NCBI GenBank assembly: GCA_964035545.1
Contig: OZ037765.1
Location: forward strand, 23,063,504 to 23,127,503
DNA from: Bugula neritina
Taxonomy: Eukaryota; Animalia; Bryozoa
DNA: 64,000 bases
Direction of reading: 5' to 3'
Position numbers and translations under genes: made by a program. Positions 1 through 14,023 of the stretch are shown here, one piece after another. Under the pieces are notes generated by a model. That model was not told the origin of the DNA. It searched no databases and saw only the letters and a list, made by a program, of their open reading frames with translations. Position 1 is the first letter of the stretch. Each line of letters starts with the position of its first letter.

Positions 1-2741
1 CTTAGTCAGACCTTCAAAGAGTTAATTTAAAGTTAAGCAAGTGAGAGGTAAATAAAAGAGACTACTCCCCTTATTAAACTCTTGCATCACTCATGCCATG
101 ACAATTATTTAGATAGTATTTATATCAAATAGTTTTAAATGATCAAAGATTCATCAGCTTATATACAATTATAAAAAAGTAGTGCAATAATTCTGAACCT
201 CATTCGCCATGTTAAAATGTATGTTAATGTTCAAATAGCTTTTATTTGTAAGACCTGGAAAGCTAGAAATTGTTTCAACAGTTCTTTGAATACCAGCAAA
301 ATTGGAACAGCAAAAGCAGCTTTGCTGCTCCAGTTTTTCAATAAACAAATGAGTTGGTCTACCTACCAGCTAAATGTTATTCGGAAACTATTTTAAGGGT
401 TCAAGTACCTCATTTTTTGTATTTGTATAGCTACATATTTTGTTAGAGGTAGGATAACTCCTATTTTACATTTTTAGCCAACTGCTGAGAGTTTTTATTT
501 AATTTTCATCTAAAGTTACAATATATTTTTTAAAACTATAATTATAGTAGTTATATCAACACTGCCAATACAAGTTTGTTATGGAATATATTTGAATGAT
601 TTTTTATGTTTCAGCTCTCAAAAATCAAGTAAATACGATAATAAATAAAACATGGAAGTTTGTAAAGCCACATATTATATCTTACATAAGTTTGGATTTG
701 CCTTTTTTATTTAGTCCTAACTTAGCAGTATAACTCATTTTTAAATTTAAGGATTGAAATAGTTTAATGCTAAATTATCAGCAATATATTACTCATCAAA
801 TAATAAATAATACTCCAATAGATTATTAACAAATGATCTTGCGTGTGAGTGTGTAATTATATGTATATAAATATATACTATATACAAGGTTTGAATTGGT
901 CACATGACTATCTTATAGATAATAGTATGGGTGGACAATAATGTGAGTCAGAATTTCAATCTGGACTTTAAAAGTATTTGCTAAAGAACTATGATGACCA
1001 GCATCCTATGTAAGCACCTGCATTAAACAAACTATTTCTTTCATAATATCACATAAGATCTTTTATGCGTGGCAATGTTTAAAAGCAAAATTAAAAGCCT
1101 TAGTTTATTATAAATATCAACAGTGTTACATTTTTTGCAAATAAATTCACTGATATGAGCTATAGTAGGCATCAGGCATGGGAAGCCACAGAAATACATA
1201 CATATTCTTAAATAATGTATCAGTTTATATAAACAAGACAATAAGCTTACAGGTGGTTATTCCCATAGAGACATTTCAAGAATCTTATCATTCACAGTTG
1301 TCACATTTCATATGATTATTGACTGATAAATGTATTATTATGCTACATTGGCTATTAAAGTAAGGAAATTACTGCAGTCTATAAAAACTATAATTTCGTA
1401 TTGAAGGATAATATTCTATCAATGCTTGATGACAAGTCAAATTTCCTTGATTTAAAATGCCAATTCTATTAGCCTGTGAAGACTAAAGCCATTCTGTATA
1501 ATTAATATGCTTTGGCAAGGATGAAAAAGTCACGAACAGACAACTCTAATAATAAACTATTGTTCTGACTTTTATAAGTTTAATGCATATAAACACTTAC
1601 TATATATATAATAGTAAAGCTGGCCAGTTATGCTAAGCAGAAAACTTTTTAGAATATTGTTCTATTCTTTGACATTAAAATAACGTTTACATCAATGTAA
1701 TGTGTGCACCTTTTTAACTTTATAAGTAGTTTACTTAATTTGGTTCTTTGACCTTGCCTAATTTCATAAACAGTAGGCTATAAATATTCAGTAGCCAATG
1801 CTTTGCATTTTGTTACAAATTTGAAACTCTGCGCTGACAAGGACTAAGTAATGGCAGCATATTATAGTAATATCAAAAGCAATATAATATAGCTGTTGTA
1901 TATTTACATTATTAGCAGATGAAGCTCTGTATTGTTTCACAAATTCAATTGCAATTTTACTCTAAGAGAATGGACAGTCTATTGAGCATTAGAAATGAAA
2001 GCAATTATACCTTCTGTAATGTTCCCTATACTAGTCAAACTTGAATTTTGTAGCTTTTGTAAAGTCACTAGTATATAATTGATGCCTTTGAAAGTTCCAA
2101 TTATCAGTACAGGTGCTTTCTGACATGAGCAGACAAATCTTAATTGGTACCATACAGAATGCGCTTGTGCATTGTATGTATGGGAAATACCATTGAGTTT
2201 AAACTTTGTTTTGCTTAAGAAGCCAATAAAATAGAATATAAAAAATAATTCCATAAGCTCTAAAAAATGTGAACTGAACCTGGTGACTTGCTGGTAATGT
2301 TCCTATATGATATGTAAATAAAATCTTCAACATCTTTAAAGGAATATATTAAGGTTTAATATTATAGCTATGCTGAGCCTATTTATATATCATCTATTTA
2401 CATGTACATTTCTAATAACCGGTATTTTTTGCAAATCTGATAATCATTTAGCCTCCATGTCAATGATGAAATTTGGCATGAGTAGGTAAATTTGTTCAGT
2501 TATTATTTGTATGTGTTTCATAGAAATTATAATTATAGCTAGACACAGGCTTGCTATCTGCTAGAAACACCTTTATTTTTATTTTATAAAAAATGTATCA
2601 TGATTTTCCCCAGCCACAAAACTCCTTCCCATTCATAGTACACACAGCATGCATACCTATAGTAGGCCTAAAGAGTACTACAGAACCAACAATTTACTAG
2701 TGTTTCAAGTATACTTAATGCATATACAACGGCATACTTAC

Positions 2742-3022
2742 TTTTCTGGCTTTTTGGTTGTCTTGTACTTCTTAAATTCATTTAAGTTGAGATTAAAACC
2801 TCCTTGCGGGGCAGCAGATATGCCCTGAGCTCTCTGCTTCCTTGGCATGTAGCCATTGGCCAATCCAGTAGACAGGCTTTTTGGAACGATACTCTGGTAT
2901 TTGTCTAGCTGACTTTTCAGCTGCTCTATCAGCTCATCTCTAATGTCTAGTTCTCGCTCCAACCTCTGTATTGTCTCTTCTTTACTCTTCAACTGTCTTT
3001 GTAGGTCCTGTAAGCTTCCCAT
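2742..3022 (-). CDS. PRKG1: cGMP-dependent protein kinase (PKG I / foraging-like), first coding exon; gene continues left of the window
   Basis: ATG at 3022 gives MGSLQDLQRQLKSKEETIQRLERELDIRDELIEQLKSQLDKYQSI (N-terminal leucine zipper) followed by RKQRAQGISAAP (PKG pseudosubstrate RxQGISAEP). Donor AA|GTAAGT at 2741; acceptor ttttag at 3046-3047 implies an upstream non-coding exon. Confidence 0.88.
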
Positions 3023-5614
3023 TACTGTGTATAGAATCTCGATTGCTAAAAATAACAATGATGATATATAGTAGGAAAACAATAGAAAGTTGTAATACAA
3101 TAATATGTAGTCTTACTGTTGCTTTTATTATTTAGTTATCACCAGCCTGCATCATTTAGTTAGATACTATTGATCATATTGTTAATTAGTAATCATAATT
3201 AAGAAAGCACAACTCTTGAATCAGCATGACTTTCTTCTAAGACTTTGTTGAATATTGAATTTGTAGGTTGAAATTGTTCCTCTTTAGAAAGAAGCTAATT
3301 ATGTACACACTACGCAGGAAATCTATCATGATTGTTTTTATTCTCTTTATTTGCGATTGCGTAGGCTGGGGGAAGAAAATTAGCATTGATAAGGATCTAA
3401 ATAAATATTCATTTTAATGATGATGAGTGACAAATATAGAGTCCAGTGAGCAAAACAACTCATACTCTACCTAAAGCTACCGCATCCTACAACGTAACCA
3501 AAAAATACCCAACTTAACTTAAGATAACGGGCTGCCATGTTTTAGCGTACGAAATTCTAGCCACTTTCTAGCTGCTTAACCGATTTTGGAGATTACTGGT
3601 GGCCAAGAATTTATTAAACTTAGCATTTTAATAAAGATGGCAATACTAGAAACTCATTATCTGCAATTGCCCTGCAATCACCTTGTAAGCTGATTAAAGT
3701 GTTACTGTTTCATTTAGTATAGCTAGTGAACAATCTGGTTATTAATTCTTTACTAATTTGCATTAGCAACAGCCTAAACTTAAAATCTTACTCATGCTAC
3801 AACATGTGTATCTACTTCTATGCTATATTGAAAGGTCTCTTCAGCCTTTACTTTTCACACTGCTGTCAACGGTTGTTGTCTATATAATTGCTATTTATAA
3901 AGCATATATTTTAGTAATTGTATACATTAGAGTGACAAGACTAAATAAACCTTTCAACTGTTAAATACACTAAACGGCATCTCTCGTGATTTTATTCCTA
4001 CAAACAGTTGAATGACTGATGGCTTATTTTGTGGCAGCCCACAGTAGGGAGTTCAAGTATATTAATTATAGGCTTCTCACGGCTGCCTACTTCCACATGT
4101 CTGAAACTCTGGCAATGATTCTAGCATTAGCTTTGTAATATTTACATGTTATACTCTAAGGGCTACCTAGTCAGTATTTGAACAGAGAAGTATACACAAA
4201 CCATTATTGTTTATTTGTTTAAGACCCTATACTCTACAGTAATCAAAGCAAATTGTGTTGCGTTCGAACTTCGAACATAAAAATGGACCAGCTCACTAGC
4301 TATCGCCAAAGAAGAAGTAGAAATACAATGAATGTACATTTTAACTGTCAAACTCATTCATTCACCACTGTACTCACGCAGAGAAAAGATAGCATCAAGT
4401 TACTTTCATTAAAGTGTGACAGTTGATTATAAATATATAATATCTATAATTACTAATACAATTATATTTGCTGCTGTAGTGAAACTAGTGATTATGAATT
4501 TTACAGTCATCTACAGTTATAAGAGATAACTTTCAGAGCAGGTGTAGCTGGCAGCATGAATAGCGTTGTGAACAATAATCACACTTATATAGCAATACCA
4601 ATTATACCAAACAATATTTTTTCTGAACTTGTGACTGGGTGTAGGTTGCTTTACTAGCACGGTTGACTTAGCATTATCAGCCCATGGAAGTGGATTGTTA
4701 TCTCTAACTTAGCATAGTCTGAGTTGGTTAAGTTGTGCCAGAAGTTACCGTTTGATAAAATTGGCTCCTGTTATCTAAGCTTGCCCATTCTTATCTGGAG
4801 AAAAACTTTATAATCCTCAAGATATACGTAGTACACAATGGTATTAGTGTTATTACTTTACCCCTGTATAGTTATAAATAGTTATTTGGCCAAAGAAGGC
4901 CTATAAGTATTATCTGCTAATCAGTTCAAGTCAATACACTGCATAATTTACAGCCTTCATTATGATTATTTTAAAGCTCATGTGATGCAGTAAGTTACAT
5001 GGAAAAGAATGAATTCATTAGGCTACATACAAGGCAGCTTTTAATTAATAGTTGCATTTATTGAGAGTAAATAAATATACGGAGTTTGTGGGTTAAAAAA
5101 AATCCTTTCTAAACTTTAATATTTAAATTGTGTTTGTTTTGAAGAATGTAATCTGCTGTAGTTTCATCACTAGATATGCTATTTATATACTTGTTTGAGT
5201 AGATAAAGATAAAGCTGTTTAAAGTGGCTATTAGAGCTTGAAATGAATAAATTATTTTAGCAGTGGTTTAGCAGCAGATGATGTTTAGGGTTTAAAACCT
5301 GGACCAACTTTGTTATTTATGTCAAAATGCAACAAAGCCCTTGTAATGAAGCGTGTAATAAATGCAACATAGGGGTTAACTTAGTATAAGTAATTAGCAA
5401 AACTGCAGTCTTATCCATGCTGACAAGTGAAACTCCAATAAAAAGTATGACAAATAGAATTTCCCAAGGGCTCTGGAAAAAGTTTTCTTGTGTTTATAAT
5501 GTGAAACTTCTGGGACAAAATATATAAATTTGGGTTACTGAGTGTAGAATTGGCTGAATAGTTCATTGCTCAGTGCTTAGTGAACTGACTCTTGCAAGAG
5601 CATTGATGATAAGT

Positions 5615-6597
5615 GTGTCAGCAATCTCTCGTGTGACGAGTATGATGTCTGCTTGCAAGCCCTAGTCTGTGCCGTGATCCGTAATCCGTTCCAGTTCGAA
5701 AATCCGTAAAAATCCTACTAGAGGTTGTGAGTTCGGAGGTGACTCATAAGCCCAATTCGAGATCGGCATAATTTGCCACAGTGAGGACAAATGTTACTAG
5801 AGTCAGTCACTGGTGAGTGTGTGACAGAGCATAACTCCCTGTTTTTCCTTAACAACCATTTGTGCTCTCGTTTTTAGCGTTGTTGTTGTTCAAAAATCGC
5901 TGTCTCTTGATGCACAACAGTTCTCCAATTTTTTCTGTCCAAGGCCTAAACTTCCCAGGTCTGTGGTCGAATGAAAAACTGCTTAAGGCTCTCGTGTAGA
6001 GTGTCTTTATACCTTTTCCTCTGACCACCCTGTGAGCGATTTCCAGTGTTCAGCTCAGAGTACATGATCTTTTTTGGTAGCCGGTTATCATCCATTCTTA
6101 CCACATGGCCAGACCACTTCAGTTGTCTCTTCACAATCATGGTAGTAATACTTGTAGTTTGAGCTTTATCGAGGACGCTGTTAGTAGTCTGCCTGTCTTG
6201 CCATTTGACTCCGAGGATTCGCCTGAGACTGCGGTTGTGAAATTTCTCGAGGGACAGCAGGTTGTGGCTGTAGGTTACCCAAGTTTCAGAGGCATAAAGT
6301 AGTGTCGGGAGAACAATGGCTTTGTATACTTTTAGTTTGGTCTGTCTGTATATATCCTTGTTGTTGAAAACGCGTGTTTGCAGCCTCCCAAATGCGGAGC
6401 TGGCGGCCTGGAGTCTTCGGTTTATTTCGGCATCAATGTTTGCTTTAGAGGATAGGCAGCTACCTAAATAGTTGAAGGTAGTGACTTGGTCTAATATTTG
6501 GTCTCCCACCTTGAGAGAAAAATCCTCATGTCTTTCAGTATTTGGGTGTGGTTGGTACATTACTTGCGTCTTCTTGGCATTGAGTGTTAGACCAATG
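5615..6597 (-). mobile_element. 5'-truncated RTE-clade non-LTR retrotransposon
   Basis: ORF 5946-6656 has the RT C-terminal motifs GLTLNAKKTQVM, FNYLGS, LLYASETW and WSGHVVRMDDNRLPK. Read through two stops it ends in a C2H2 finger CPHCGKLCRSRIGLMSHLRTH (stop 5718-5720). Flanked by the 26-bp direct repeat ctcttgcaagagcattgatgataagt (5589-5614 and 6598-6623). Confidence 0.92.
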
Positions 6598-9500
6598 CTC
6601 TTGCAAGAGCATTGATGATAAGTAATAGTAATAGTGGTAACAAAGAGGTGATGCAATGACTATTCTTAGCACAGGCAGCTGGTCTAATGAACAGTTTAAT
6701 GATAATTCTAGACTAGCATGATTAAACTTTCATTAATTGCAAAAATTTAATATGTTGCATTTGCCCTTGACCGAAAATTAAGCCTGAAATTTTCTGTTAA
6801 GACTAAAAAAGGAGATAGAATTTTGTAATCTCTGCTACTTTGTAAACAATAGCTAAAACTAGCCAATGAGTACAAATGTTCAATTAGATAAAAAGTTAGA
6901 AACTTTTGTATAGATATTTGTCCAGTAGCCATAATATCTAATATGCAGCTATGATATGCTGTTATAGCATTACCACAGCTTCACACAATGTTGACTAATT
7001 AAGGCAACAGCAGGATATATTCCCCAAATCGTAACTGACACCCCATACTATAATTATTATTTTTTTCATAAATATATTCTGTTAGAATGTTTTATATTTT
7101 GTTAACCAATAACATGCTTTGATTATGTAACTGGTAATTTAGTTACTTGCTATGCTTTGTTCAATGGCATGACCGTACAATGTGGAAGTATATTCAGATG
7201 GTTTCCAAGTAGAGGAGTAAAAAAACTATATTAGCATTCAAAAGATTAGCTGCCTAGTTAGTGCCAGGGCCGTCTATAATCCAAGATGTAAATTCTGTGC
7301 ACAGCTAAAAACACGTTACTACTACATGTAGGCTACTCCCCGTTAAGCCTTGATTCATTACACGGACATGGCGCCCGCATACTAACCTAGAACTGCAGCT
7401 ATGTCATCTCAAGAATAATGACTGGCTATTTTTTGTTTAGCAGCTTGATTTTTATCTTCCTTTAATTTTGCCAGTTTTGTTTTATTAAGAATTATTGATA
7501 AGTTTCCACATGTTGTATTGTTGGAGTAAGAAAGATAATATCTATTTATGCAGGTAAAATGTTGGTTATATAAATGCAGGTACTGTAAATATGCTACAAA
7601 CAGTACTCTCTGGTTTAGCAGTGTACAACTTACTGCAACTTAAGAATATAAGAACAAATTAGCTATAAATCTGCCAGTGTCAGAAACTATTTTATTTAGC
7701 AGATATTATTACTTCAAAGGTTGATTAGCTTAAATAAATTGGATTTGCATGGAAATAAGAATTATGTACTGCTCTGCTGCTACCACAGCATTTATTTAGT
7801 TTTAGTTTCTAAATAAAGTTATTTTGTACTTGCTAGTATAACTGGCCACTTTCGAGTTTGTTGTTTTATTTTAGCAGGCTATATATCGTTAGGGGTTATC
7901 TCACACTAAAAAAGTAGTTTGAAACCATTTTTTTCTTCTAGGTCATATTTTATAATAAAGAACCAGTATTCAGATGAAAAATATAGTTTTATATCATAGT
8001 TGGTATCTTTACACATTCCATTTTAATTAATTCAAGTATTGCATCTTCTTAACACAAATAGATTCTGTTGTAAGATATTTTTACTGAATGTGTAGTGTTT
8101 TAATTAATGTAATCTCACAGCAGGCCTCGTGTACAAATGATAAAAACCAAGTAGCATACAGTCTAGAGTCTAGAATATATCACGACAACGCTAGTGTACA
8201 ATATAGCTTATCATTTCAGCTGGTCTTATAGCCATGCAATAAACATGAATACCAATGCTGAATATTGCAAGGAGAGCTTAAATAAAATATACTATAGAAG
8301 CTGCCCGTGTAATTTATATTATATGATTATTATGGTTATAAATAAGCATGCTGAGAGCACAACCTATCAACAAATCACCTAATATTTTACAACAGTAGGT
8401 ATACTTTGCGTCCTAATAGTTATGGATATTTTATTGCATTCCTGCATTTTTGCAACAATGTGCAATAATTAGTGAGAATACAATTACGATTCTAAGGTTG
8501 AATAACGCTGAAATTCAAAGTTGAAAGTTATTATTTAGTATTAGTTTTAATATGTAAGTTTTTAGCAAGCTCCCAAATCAAGATTAACCCAAAAAACATT
8601 CAAACCAATGCTAAATTGAAAATTGGAAATTTATTTTTCTGCATATAATACAATGGATCATAGTTCAGATATTTACATATTAATTTTAACTGCCCTACAT
8701 TTCATCTTAGAAGTTTAGAATTATAATAATAAAGTAATTTGCTAGTTTTTAATACAGTTTCATAGTTTTTATGGCATTAAAATTTTAAATTATTTTTTAT
8801 CTTTCTTACCTAAAATTATTTTCCTCTGAGCTTTATTTTATAATTATTAACTTATATTTGAGATATATGCAGAGTGTAAAACTTTTCTGATTTCTAGAAT
8901 AACTTGAAAACTTAAATCACCACAACTGAGTAATTTATTCATTGTAGGATAGAGAGCTTAGCTCCTACTTTAAACTAATATCTTCAAAAATTTCTAAAGT
9001 TCGAAAAATCCCATTTTAAAAGTAGTTCAGATGGGTTAATGACAAACTATGCTTATTTTAGTATTTACTCATTTATTATGCCATTATATGGTGACGTTCA
9101 GCAATATATCTTGAATTATAGATTTCAAAAGTTAATGAATTTTTAGTTTTTAGTGAAGTTCTTTGAGTAATAAACTTATATTTGCTATAAACCTGTTATA
9201 TAATCTACACAATGTACTCCTCAGTGTTCCTCATTCTACCCATAGCCCTATATCACGGTTTGTGATACTTATGTGTTGGACTCAACAATATAAAGATCTG
9301 TTGGGTGGTTTTGGTGAGTTGTAAGCTGAACCCATTTTACTTTATTTTACAGAATCTTCAGACTGTAACTTCTCGGCAAGTGTTACTCAATGTTCATTGC
9401 ATTTTTAGTTCACTTGACTCAATACTGTTATACAGAAATCAACTGTATTGTGCTAAACATTGTGTTAAATACTTTCTTACATTGCACTCACTAACTATAT

Positions 9501-12500
9501 AGCAACTTCAACTAACTTTCAAGAATACATGTTCTTGGATTCATACATCATATATTCGAAATGATCTCAAACTGTGGTATGATACTAATTTACCTTTCTT
9601 AGTCTCTAGAACAGTGTTTCTCCTGTTCAATTTATCCTCCACATGACTGAGTATTCCAGACGAAGACAGCTGGTCCAAACATTGATGCAGTCTTTGAGCT
9701 TCAGTAGAATCACTTGTGTCTGGCTTTCCTGTAGCTGAATAACCTTTTTCCTCTTTTCTAAATTTCCAAAGTTCAACAGAAATTGGATTAAGTCAACTTA
9801 GCAAAACAATACATAGCTAGCAAATGATAGACAAAACGTTTTAGTGTTGACTTGTGGAAAAGTTTTATCTTCCCATTTCACACAGGATATCTCCAATGCC
9901 TAAGAATCTCGTGCCTAAGATAACAAATCTACAAGTGCTATCTCTAGTAGCTGTTGTTTTAATACGCATGACCGTAGTTAAATGAAAACATAAACAGACT
10001 AGCAAGGCAGCTGTTAATTTTGCAAGCAACACCATACAATATTGTGATAGATTCTCATCCTCTACTGTTTTCAAGTAACTGCGTGTGTCAGTATTATAAT
10101 TACTGTTGCGTATATTTTGAATGCTGTAATTGTAGCTAAGTTGCACTAGCTTTCTAATGCCTTATTATTGTGATTAAGCTTTCAGTATAATGTAATTTTC
10201 ATTAAATACGCATTTCCAGAGTTATTTTCCCTTTTTGCTATTTCATCGTTTTGCATTAATACTGATACTGGAAATTTGTGTAGCTTTTATGAATGCCTTC
10301 AATAGGTTGTTATTATAGCTAAATTCTTGGCCTATTGAATTATTCATTCTCCTTTGTCTATTTTTCTTTTGTTACTGTCAAGCTTAACTTTCTTTTGTCT
10401 GTTGGAACATTCTAGATGTGAATTCTTGTGTATAAAAGCAGGCGAGTTTCCAGTGTAGATTCAGACTACTACTGGAGCTCGCTGGTAGTAGGACCACATA
10501 AGCTGTATCTGATGCAAATAAAGTTTATCTTTCATTCGTATTCAAATACTTGGCTTATTCTCTCTAACGCAAAGAGTATGTTCAAGCACTAGTTGCATTC
10601 ATAACCCACAGTTTACTACAATATGACTAGTACTGTGCTACTTTCTCATTGCTTTGAAGTGGTGGAACATAAATTGCAACATTTATTATAAGATTAGTAA
10701 GCTGAGCAATGCTATTCATCAGTTTGCATATTGGTAAATCTAATTTGAAAACATTAGAGATTTTTGGAATATTAAGTGAATTATTACAGGTGGGGATGAT
10801 AACTCTTCTTTACTTTGTTCACAGTTATATAATATATTATATGTGCATAAATCAATTTATTTACAACATGGCTGTTTCAGAGTTTAGCCCCTCACCAGCC
10901 CAGAATAAAGGGCCATGACTCACAACTTGACATAGCATTCTTAAAAGGTGTGTACATTCAAGTCAGTAAAAAAATAACACTCTGAAGAATGCAAATGTCT
11001 ACAGCTACCAGTTGCATTAATTTATTTTAAAAAATAAAATTAAGCATGTGCAGTAAATTTTTAGTAAAATTCTCAGTAGGCCAAAAAATTATAGTATGAA
11101 TCTACAAACTCCTTAAACTATATGTCTTAAAGCTTAACATTATGAAAAGAGCAAATTCAACGTAAAGAGTTTGCTATAGTCAGTTTTGCAACAAAAGACA
11201 TGCAATGAAATTGTTGAAAAATTGTATTTTTCTCAACTGGTAATATAAGAGTCCACACATTACTAAACTGTTGATTCTTGTTTGATTATAATTTACAAAA
11301 ACCTTTTCAGCTGCTAAGCTACATAAAAATAAAAATGAGTGCAAATTTCTTAGTTATATCGTTTACCTACAAAATCAAATTCACTTCAGCACAACCATTA
11401 AAATATTTTGCTCAGTAGAAATAAATATTCCCAAGCAACTTCATTGCTTAGATTTTTCAACAAAAAGTAAACATGCAGTTTGTTTTACACAACCAAAGAA
11501 ACTTGCTAACAAAGCTGAAATAGCATATTTTATTAATTTTCTCCACGCAGTTTGTTTTTAGTTTTATGTTGAACTTACTTTGGCTGCATGGTGCCAAGAT
11601 GTCTTGAAGTTTTCTCCATGCTATAGCTTGTAGCAGATGAGCAGGAATGACAGCAAACAGTGATGTCAACTTGCAAGTTGTAGAGTTGCCAGTGTCAAGA
11701 GGTGCATCACATGCATACACTCGCACCACTCTGCCACATTTTCACATGAAATAGGCTTAAAATGACCAATTATTAATCTTATCATTTATGGGTATGTAAT
11801 TATGTCAACCATGAAGGGTCTTGCACTGCATTACCCACTCGAGCTTGCAGCACTCGATGCTCAGTCTATAAACTTGAAAGGGTTAACATTTATGAGTTTA
11901 TATGCTAAAACACAGGCTTCACAGTATATAATAGAATACACTCCATCTCGAGTCTGATTAGAATTAGACAGCTGAGTGGTTGAGGAAAAGAGTTCAGAAG
12001 TGGAGTGGGAATTTCCAATTTTTGTAAATATCACCGAGTTTATGTCAACAGCACATGACCCTGGTCTTTTGTTTATAAAGGTCTTGCAATTATTTGGTTA
12101 AAACTAATTTGATTAGAAATATAGGCATTTTACATGCAACACTTGGTACATATTTTATATAACTGGAAAACCAGCATTATTTATTGTGATCATAAGAGTA
12201 GACTTGTAACTTTTTGTCTACCAATGACCCAGTTTTGACAGGTTTTGAAGGCTTTCTAAATCATAGAACATAAACTTTAAAATTTAACCACATATTTATG
12301 AGTAAAGAGGAAAATCTTTATTTGTATAATGCATGTAATATGAATAGTGATCACTTATTGTTTTCAAATATCAAGTGAGAATTCATAATTTCTTTTTGTT
12401 TAACCATCAAGTTGCTGTAATTTGAAATGCATTTAAATCTGTATTTGGTGTTGTTGTAATATGAGAAGATGGGTTAACTAAACTTGGTCAAAAAAAAAGC

Positions 12501-12787
12501 AATTTGAATTATGTGTAGACAAACCTATTTCTATTAAATGATGAATTAAAATAAGTACTCTATATTTTCATAGTTATACATGTACATGCATATTTTAAAA
12601 AGTAATGTAATAAAATAACATTTTTAGCTTATAGCAACTCTTATTATGGCATTAACAATTTAGTTAATTTTTTTTTCTAAAACTGGTTTGCAGCAGTCAA
12701 AAATAATGAAAATGACTTATAGAGGCTATGCACTTTAAGAAGCGAAAATAAATTAAATGTATTATCACTCAATCACCTATTATTACT

Positions 12788-14023
12788 TTAGGGGGGTGTT
12801 GATTTAGATTTCGAGTAACTCTTGTTGAATTTTTGTGATCTTACGTTAAAGACATGAATTTTAGAGTCTGTTCGACGAGGAGTTCTTTTTCTCCTCCTTC
12901 GGTGATGCACTACTTGCCAACCTTCATCATCATTCTCACATGATTTAATATCCGAATTGTCTCTAGAGCTATCAGTTACTGTGAGAGCTTGAAAAGAAGA
13001 TCTTAACAAACAGCTGGAAACTTTAGAAAAAGGCTCTGTATTGGAACTTTTGAGAGATTCAAAGGTTTTTTGTCGCTTTCTATATCTACGAGATTTTCTA
13101 TTTTTTGCTGTGATTGTCAACTGCTTGGTAGAGGATTGCTTTAAACTTTTGCTAGGTTTACCTTCAGTTGCCATCAAGTTAAATTGACAGTTTGCCAAAT
13201 TATCAAGCTGCTTTTTTAGAAGATTATTTTTTGCATTGACTGCTTGAATTCGTTGAGTAATTCCTGTTAACATTGTTTGTTCATAATCAACGTCAAAGCT
13301 CTGCATAACTTGGTGGTTGGTGAAGACAGATCCACATGCTGTCTGACAACTTCTAGTAACATTCTTCACCTTCTCATTAAATTTTTTTTCAGTCTGTGTG
13401 CCTCGAGTTGATAGCTTTTTAGAGGTGCTGCTCACAGCTGTCACTGTACCATCACTACCTCTTGTAGAAAAAGTAGAGTTTTGAGGTGGTAGGCACTTAC
13501 TTCTTTTTACTTGCTGAAAAAAACTTACTGTGTTAGCATGGCACTCCTCTTCTAACAAGTTATATTCTTCTTCATAGAATTTTTTAAATAGTTTTTCACG
13601 ATTTGAATAGTAACATTTTTGTTTTTCTAACGCTGAGGTTAAATCTTCTAATTTTTTCTGTAAATTCTCATTGACTTGCAACAATGAGAGTGGCTCCTGA
13701 AATGACCCATCTCCTTTGTCTTTATCAATTGTGTTTAGAATTTCATACTCCTTATTACTTAATATTAATCCTTTACATTGGCTTTCAGAATTGTTGTCAG
13801 GTAAACAATTATCATAATCATTATAATTGTAGCTGATAGGATGAGTATCCAAGTGATTTTCACCAGAGTTTATTGTAGCCTGTTGTATATCAATTTGATC
13901 TGTATCTTTTTCATTTTGGTCACCGCATTCAAACACCGTGAGCTGAATATTTCTCTTTGATCTTGTATATGAAATTTGATTTACAGATGGTGCTACAGAA
14001 TATTCTAAGATATACACATCCAT
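12788..14023 (-). CDS. Single-exon hypothetical protein, 411 aa; coiled-coil plus disordered and basic regions
   Basis: A 1236-nt stop-free frame in very AT-rich DNA is unlikely by chance. Heptad-like segments (LLQVNENLQKKLEDLTSALEKQK; RIQAVNAKNNLLKKQLDNL) and basic clusters (RKSRRYRKRQK, RRRRKRTPRR). No family recognised. Confidence 0.6.
   Translation of the reverse strand: MDVYILEYSVAPSVNQISYTRSKRNIQLTVFECGDQNEKDTDQIDIQQATINSGENHLDTHPISYNYNDYDNCLPDNNSESQCKGLILSNKEYEILNTIDKDKGDGSFQEPLSLLQVNENLQKKLEDLTSALEKQKCYYSNREKLFKKFYEEEYNLLEEECHANTVSFFQQVKRSKCLPPQNSTFSTRGSDGTVTAVSSTSKKLSTRGTQTEKKFNEKVKNVTRSCQTACGSVFTNHQVMQSFDVDYEQTMLTGITQRIQAVNAKNNLLKKQLDNLANCQFNLMATEGKPSKSLKQSSTKQLTITAKNRKSRRYRKRQKTFESLKSSNTEPFSKVSSCLLRSSFQALTVTDSSRDNSDIKSCENDDEGWQVVHHRRRRKRTPRRTDSKIHVFNVRSQKFNKSYSKSKSTPP

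Noticed and set aside
11805-11886. Possible piggyBac-like end (aagggttaa)
   Set aside because: No convincing partner TIR or TTAA duplication.
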